A DNA stretch of 64,000 nucleotides, taken from the NCBI GenBank assembly GCA_038230375.1, contig JBBRNJ010000042.1:10525-74524 (forward strand), written 5' to 3'. Under the pieces are notes generated by a model. That model worked only from the letters and a program-made list of their open reading frames with translations. It did not search any database and was not told the origin of the DNA. Shown here one piece after another: positions 60,319 through 64,000 of this stretch (positions are counted from its first letter, which is position 1; each line of letters starts with the position of its first letter). Position numbers and translations under genes: made by a program. The DNA comes from Polyangiales bacterium. Its GTDB lineage: Bacteria > Myxococcota_A > Polyangia > Polyangiales > Polyangiaceae.

Positions 60319-61602
60319 TCAGCCTGCCGTGAGGCCGAGGAGCTTGCGGGCGCGGGCGGGCTCGAGCGGCTCACGGCCGATGCTCTTTGCGTACTCCGCC
60401 GCGCGCAGGACGAGCGGTGCGCTGCCCTCGGACAGCACGCCCTTCTCCAGGTAGATGTTGTCCTCCAGGCCAACGCGCGCGTGACCGCCAAGTCGGATGG
60501 CGAGCTCCGTCATGGGGCGCTGGTGACGACCGACCGCCGCGACGGCCCACGTGGCGCCCTGCGGGATGAGCGTGCGAAGGTACTGCACGTTCGCCTCGGT
60601 CGCGCCGATGCCGCCGGGGATCCCAAGAACGAACTGGAAGTGCAGGGGAGCGCCAATGGCGCCCTCACGGGCGAGCGCGAGCGCCTCCTCCACGTGCCCC
60701 ACGTCGTAGCATTCGAGCTCCGCGATGCTGCCGGACGCCTTGAGCTTCTTCGCGAGCTCGCGGATCTGCGGGCGCGTGTTGACGAAGACATCATCGCCAA
60801 AGTTGATGGTGCCGCAGTTGAGCGTGGCCATCTCTGGTTTGCAGTCGAGCGGCTGGGCGCGCTCGTCGATGCTCATGCCCACCGCACCGCCCGTGGAGGT
60901 CTGCACGATGACGTCGGTCTTCTGGCGGATCTTTGCGATGGCCTCCGCAAAGCGCTCGCGGCTCTGCGTGGGCGTGCCGTCCTCGTTGCGGACGTGAAGG
61001 TGGATGACGGCGGCGCCTGCGTCACGACAGCGCGCGGCCTCGTCTGCGATCTCCTGGGCGGTGATGGGCAGATACTTGGTCTGCGCGCGCGTGACCTCCG
61101 CGCCGACGATCGCCGCGCACAGCACCACGCCCGCGGGCTCCGGCGTCACGAGCGCAGAGGTCCCCGGCTCCGGTCCGGCGGGCAACGCGCGCATGTACAG
61201 GCCCTTCGGGTTGCGCTGCAGATCCTTCGGCGTGACGCAGGTGCCCATCGCGCGCGCCACGACCACGGGCTCCGAGAGGATGTCCGCGGAGCTTGCGGGC
61301 GCGCCCGGCTTGCGGATGTTGCTGATCACCTTCTGCGCGACGAAGGTCATCGTGCGACTGGTGTTGCCCATCTTCACGAGCTCCGCGGTGGCCTCGATGT
61401 AGTCGCCCGCGAACACCGGCGCGAGGAACTCCACCGACTCGTACGCGCGGAACAGGCCCTCGTCGCCGTCCAGGCGAATGAGCAGCTCCGTCGCGAGATC
61501 GCCGAACAACGCGAGCATGCGAGCCCCATCGACGAGCTCACCAGCGTAGTGCGCGTCGTGAGCGCTCATGCGAAGACGCAACGTGACCTTGGTACCCAGC
61601 AT
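60319..61602 (-). CDS. kal-kce: Fusion of 3-aminobutyryl-CoA ammonia-lyase (Kal, hotdog fold) and 3-keto-5-aminohexanoate cleavage enzyme (Kce)
   Basis: N-term [54 protein letters not shown]...GTCVTPK; C-term [41 protein letters not shown]. Confidence 0.9.
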   Translation of the reverse strand: MLGTKVTLRLRMSAHDAHYAGELVDGARMLALFGDLATELLIRLDGDEGLFRAYESVEFLAPVFAGDYIEATAELVKMGNTSRTMTFVAQKVISNIRKPGAPASSADILSEPVVVARAMGTCVTPKDLQRNPKGLYMRALPAGPEPGTSALVTPEPAGVVLCAAIVGAEVTRAQTKYLPITAQEIADEAARCRDAGAAVIHLHVRNEDGTPTQSRERFAEAIAKIRQKTDVIVQTSTGGAVGMSIDERAQPLDCKPEMATLNCGTINFGDDVFVNTRPQIRELAKKLKASGSIAELECYDVGHVEEALALAREGAIGAPLHFQFVLGIPGGIGATEANVQYLRTLIPQGATWAVAAVGRHQRPMTELAIRLGGHARVGLEDNIYLEKGVLSEGSAPLVLRAAEYAKSIGREPLEPARARKLLGLTAG

Positions 61603-61633
61603 GGCACGAGAAAATAGCACAAGGCCGATGAGG

Positions 61634-63958
61634 TCAGTAGGTGGACAGGTGCACCAGGCTGATCCCGGTGCCCGACCCACTGACGGAGTAGAGCTGGTTG
61701 CCGAAGATCGTCGCGCTCGGGCTGGCCCCGGCCGACATGGGCGTGACGGTATTCGAACAGTTCGTGCCGTCCAGGTTGCATCGAACGACGACGCTCTTCG
61801 ATGATCCGGCGCCGAAGGCAGACACGAAGAGGCGATGGTGGATGAAGTCGAGCACGACGGACGGATCCTTGGGCGCTCCAAGCGCTGCGTCGGCGACGCC
61901 CAGATCGCTGGTCGCGCATCCCGTCCCGTTCACGTTGCATCGATAGAAGTAGAGGACGGATTGGTTCGTCTCGTAGCTCACGACGACGAGCTTCTGGTTC
62001 TCCGTGTCGATCGCTACCGAGAGCGCTTGGGCGACCGCGGGGTTGGCAACGGAGATGTCCCGCACCATGCAGTTCGTGCCGTCGAGCTCGCATTGATAGA
62101 CGCTCGGCTTCCCCGTGAGGAGGCTTGCCTGGACCACGAGCAGCTTCGCGTCCGCGCTGCTGATGACCGCGTCGGGACACATGTTGGGGTTGCCGCTGAT
62201 CATCTGGTACGTGCAGCCCTGCCCGTCGAGCCCGCATCGCAGGAGCGTCGTCTGTGAGGCGCCGGTGGTCGAGACAATGGCCAGGAGCTTCTGATTGACG
62301 GTGTCGACCATGACCGGGATGCGGCATACCCCGGTCGTGGAAGCAGTGAGCACGCCGAGCGTCGTGACGCTGCACGCCGTTCCATCGGTGTTGCATCGGA
62401 AGAGGCTGGGCGATCCGACGCTCGCATTGTCGGAGACGACGAGGAGCTTCTGGTTCGTCGGATCGATCGCCGCTCCCAGGTGCGCGCCACCAGCGCCAGC
62501 CGGCGCGCCCGCCGAGATGTCCGCGTAGACGCAGCCAGATGCGTCGAGCTTGCAGTGGACGAGGGCGGGGATGTTGCGCGAGCCGCTCGTGTCGAAGCCG
62601 ACCACGAGCAGGCTCGACGTCTTCGGGTCTGCGAGGACGATGGGCAGGTCGGCGATGACGCCGTTGGCGGTGATCGCGGTCGTTTGTGGGTAGTTGTCGA
62701 TCGGCCCCACGGAAACGCCCGGCGAGAGCTCCCCCATCGCGGTATTCGAGAACGCGATGAGATGCGTTGAGCCGGGCAGGACCGGGCCCGAGAGGGTATG
62801 CGTGACATCCGCGCCCGTCCTGGGCAGCGTCGCGATCAGGTCGAGCTTCTTCGTCGGCCCGTCGGCCCAGTAGAGCTTGTAGCCCGTCACGCTCTTCTCG
62901 TCCGTCGCATGCCCGATCGTCACGGTGCCAGCGACGAAATCAAGACGCGTGTCCTCGTCCACGAAGTCGACGGACCGGGGAAGTGGGCTCTTGGGGGCGC
63001 CCGCTTCGCCTTCCGAAAGTCCCGCCGCGTCGAAGGGAATGGACGCGTCGCCCAGGTCGCGCGCGCTCCCGGTGGCGGACCATGGGCCGCACGTTGGCGC
63101 GCTCTTGGTGGGGCAACTCGTCGTGACGAGCACGGGGAGCGAGCGCTCGCAGATGATCGGCGGCAAGACCGCGCGGTCTCCGGCCTCACGCCAACCAGTG
63201 ATGATCGGTCCGGTGAACGGATCGCGATCGAGCGGCAAGAGGCACGCATTCGATCCGCAGACGCCGTCGGAGCCGGGTGGACGCACGACGGCGACGTTGA
63301 ACCCGAAGCCGCTGTGTACCTCACGATCGATCGAGCAGTCGCTGATGTTCACGACTCCGGTTCGGCCGTTCGTGAAGCACGCGAGCGTGTCGAAGCACAC
63401 GCCGTCGCCGTGGCCCGTGCCGCCTCCGAACACGTCGCCAGGAGTGTAGTCGGGCAAGGTCTCGCTCGCGACCGCCGCGGTCTGGCAGGTGCCGGCGATG
63501 CAGGTCTGTACGCCGCCTTTTTCGTCGGGCGGGCATGGGGTGTCGATGCACAGGCCGTCGATGGGAAGGGGGAGCGAGGCGATCCGATCGGTCGGCACCC
63601 GTGCGACCGCGTCACGGGAGACGCGAACCGTGGCGCCACGTCGCGCCTCGACGGTGATGCGCACCGTCTTGTTCGGATCGGACCCAGCGACGACGCCCAG
63701 CGTTGCCGGAAGCTTCACGGCCTGAGACCCTCCGAGCGCGTAGTCGACCTCGTGCAGCGGCGTCGTTGAGCCATCTTCGACGATGCGCAGGTGCAGCGTG
63801 TCGAAGTCCTTCGGCGGCGCGAGGTTCGTGGTGATGACGAGCATCAGCTGACCCTTCAGAGGCAGGATCTCGTCCTTGCAAGACGTCGTGAGCGACACGA
63901 TCGGCGCCAGCGCGATCGCCGCGAGCGCGAGGAAGCGGCGAAGTGAAATGCCTGTCAT
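61634..63958 (-). CDS. Large multidomain lipoprotein with C-terminal Cys-bridged propeller-like repeats
   Basis: Lipobox TTSC; Cys-rich N-half; six C-x6-C repeats such as [11 protein letters not shown]. Confidence 0.8.
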   Translation of the reverse strand: MTGISLRRFLALAAIALAPIVSLTTSCKDEILPLKGQLMLVITTNLAPPKDFDTLHLRIVEDGSTTPLHEVDYALGGSQAVKLPATLGVVAGSDPNKTVRITVEARRGATVRVSRDAVARVPTDRIASLPLPIDGLCIDTPCPPDEKGGVQTCIAGTCQTAAVASETLPDYTPGDVFGGGTGHGDGVCFDTLACFTNGRTGVVNISDCSIDREVHSGFGFNVAVVRPPGSDGVCGSNACLLPLDRDPFTGPIITGWREAGDRAVLPPIICERSLPVLVTTSCPTKSAPTCGPWSATGSARDLGDASIPFDAAGLSEGEAGAPKSPLPRSVDFVDEDTRLDFVAGTVTIGHATDEKSVTGYKLYWADGPTKKLDLIATLPRTGADVTHTLSGPVLPGSTHLIAFSNTAMGELSPGVSVGPIDNYPQTTAITANGVIADLPIVLADPKTSSLLVVGFDTSGSRNIPALVHCKLDASGCVYADISAGAPAGAGGAHLGAAIDPTNQKLLVVSDNASVGSPSLFRCNTDGTACSVTTLGVLTASTTGVCRIPVMVDTVNQKLLAIVSTTGASQTTLLRCGLDGQGCTYQMISGNPNMCPDAVISSADAKLLVVQASLLTGKPSVYQCELDGTNCMVRDISVANPAVAQALSVAIDTENQKLVVVSYETNQSVLYFYRCNVNGTGCATSDLGVADAALGAPKDPSVVLDFIHHRLFVSAFGAGSSKSVVVRCNLDGTNCSNTVTPMSAGASPSATIFGNQLYSVSGSGTGISLVHLSTY

Positions 63959-64000
63959 CGCGCCCACCCCGAGAGTTGAACGGTTCCTGGTGCGAGCGAG

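Overview
High-GC (visually about two-thirds GC) bacterial chromosomal segment. Many Cys-lipoproteins with DAG-rich linkers, a Hanks-type kinase, a DUF4388 protein, a ccsA-hemA pair and AgmX/GltG-like TonB-C domains suggest Myxococcota, probably Polyangiaceae/Labilithrix-like (inference). It holds about 56 densely packed CDS: housekeeping and metabolic genes (sspB, livMGF, pssA, cpoB/ybgF, hemA, hemC, corA, udk, sthA, kup, trpE), many signalling proteins and orphan lipoproteins. I saw no rRNA, tRNA, CRISPR array, integrase or transposase. The best leads are: (1) an in-frame Kal-Kce fusion joining two consecutive lysine-fermentation enzymes; (2) an active membrane histidine kinase followed by a paralogue that keeps the phospho-His but has lost its ATP-binding N and G1 boxes; (3) a candidate ~87-nt sRNA with two ACCCCU loops behind an RpoH-like promoter; (4) an MshEN-like/degenerate HD-GYP/pseudo-receiver/DUF4388 protein; (5) an intergenic palindrome-IHF-palindrome element next to a 15-unit hexamer array; (6) widespread leaderless-type promoters, one of them overlapped by a palindrome at trpE. 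All family calls come from motif recognition by eye; no database searches were run.
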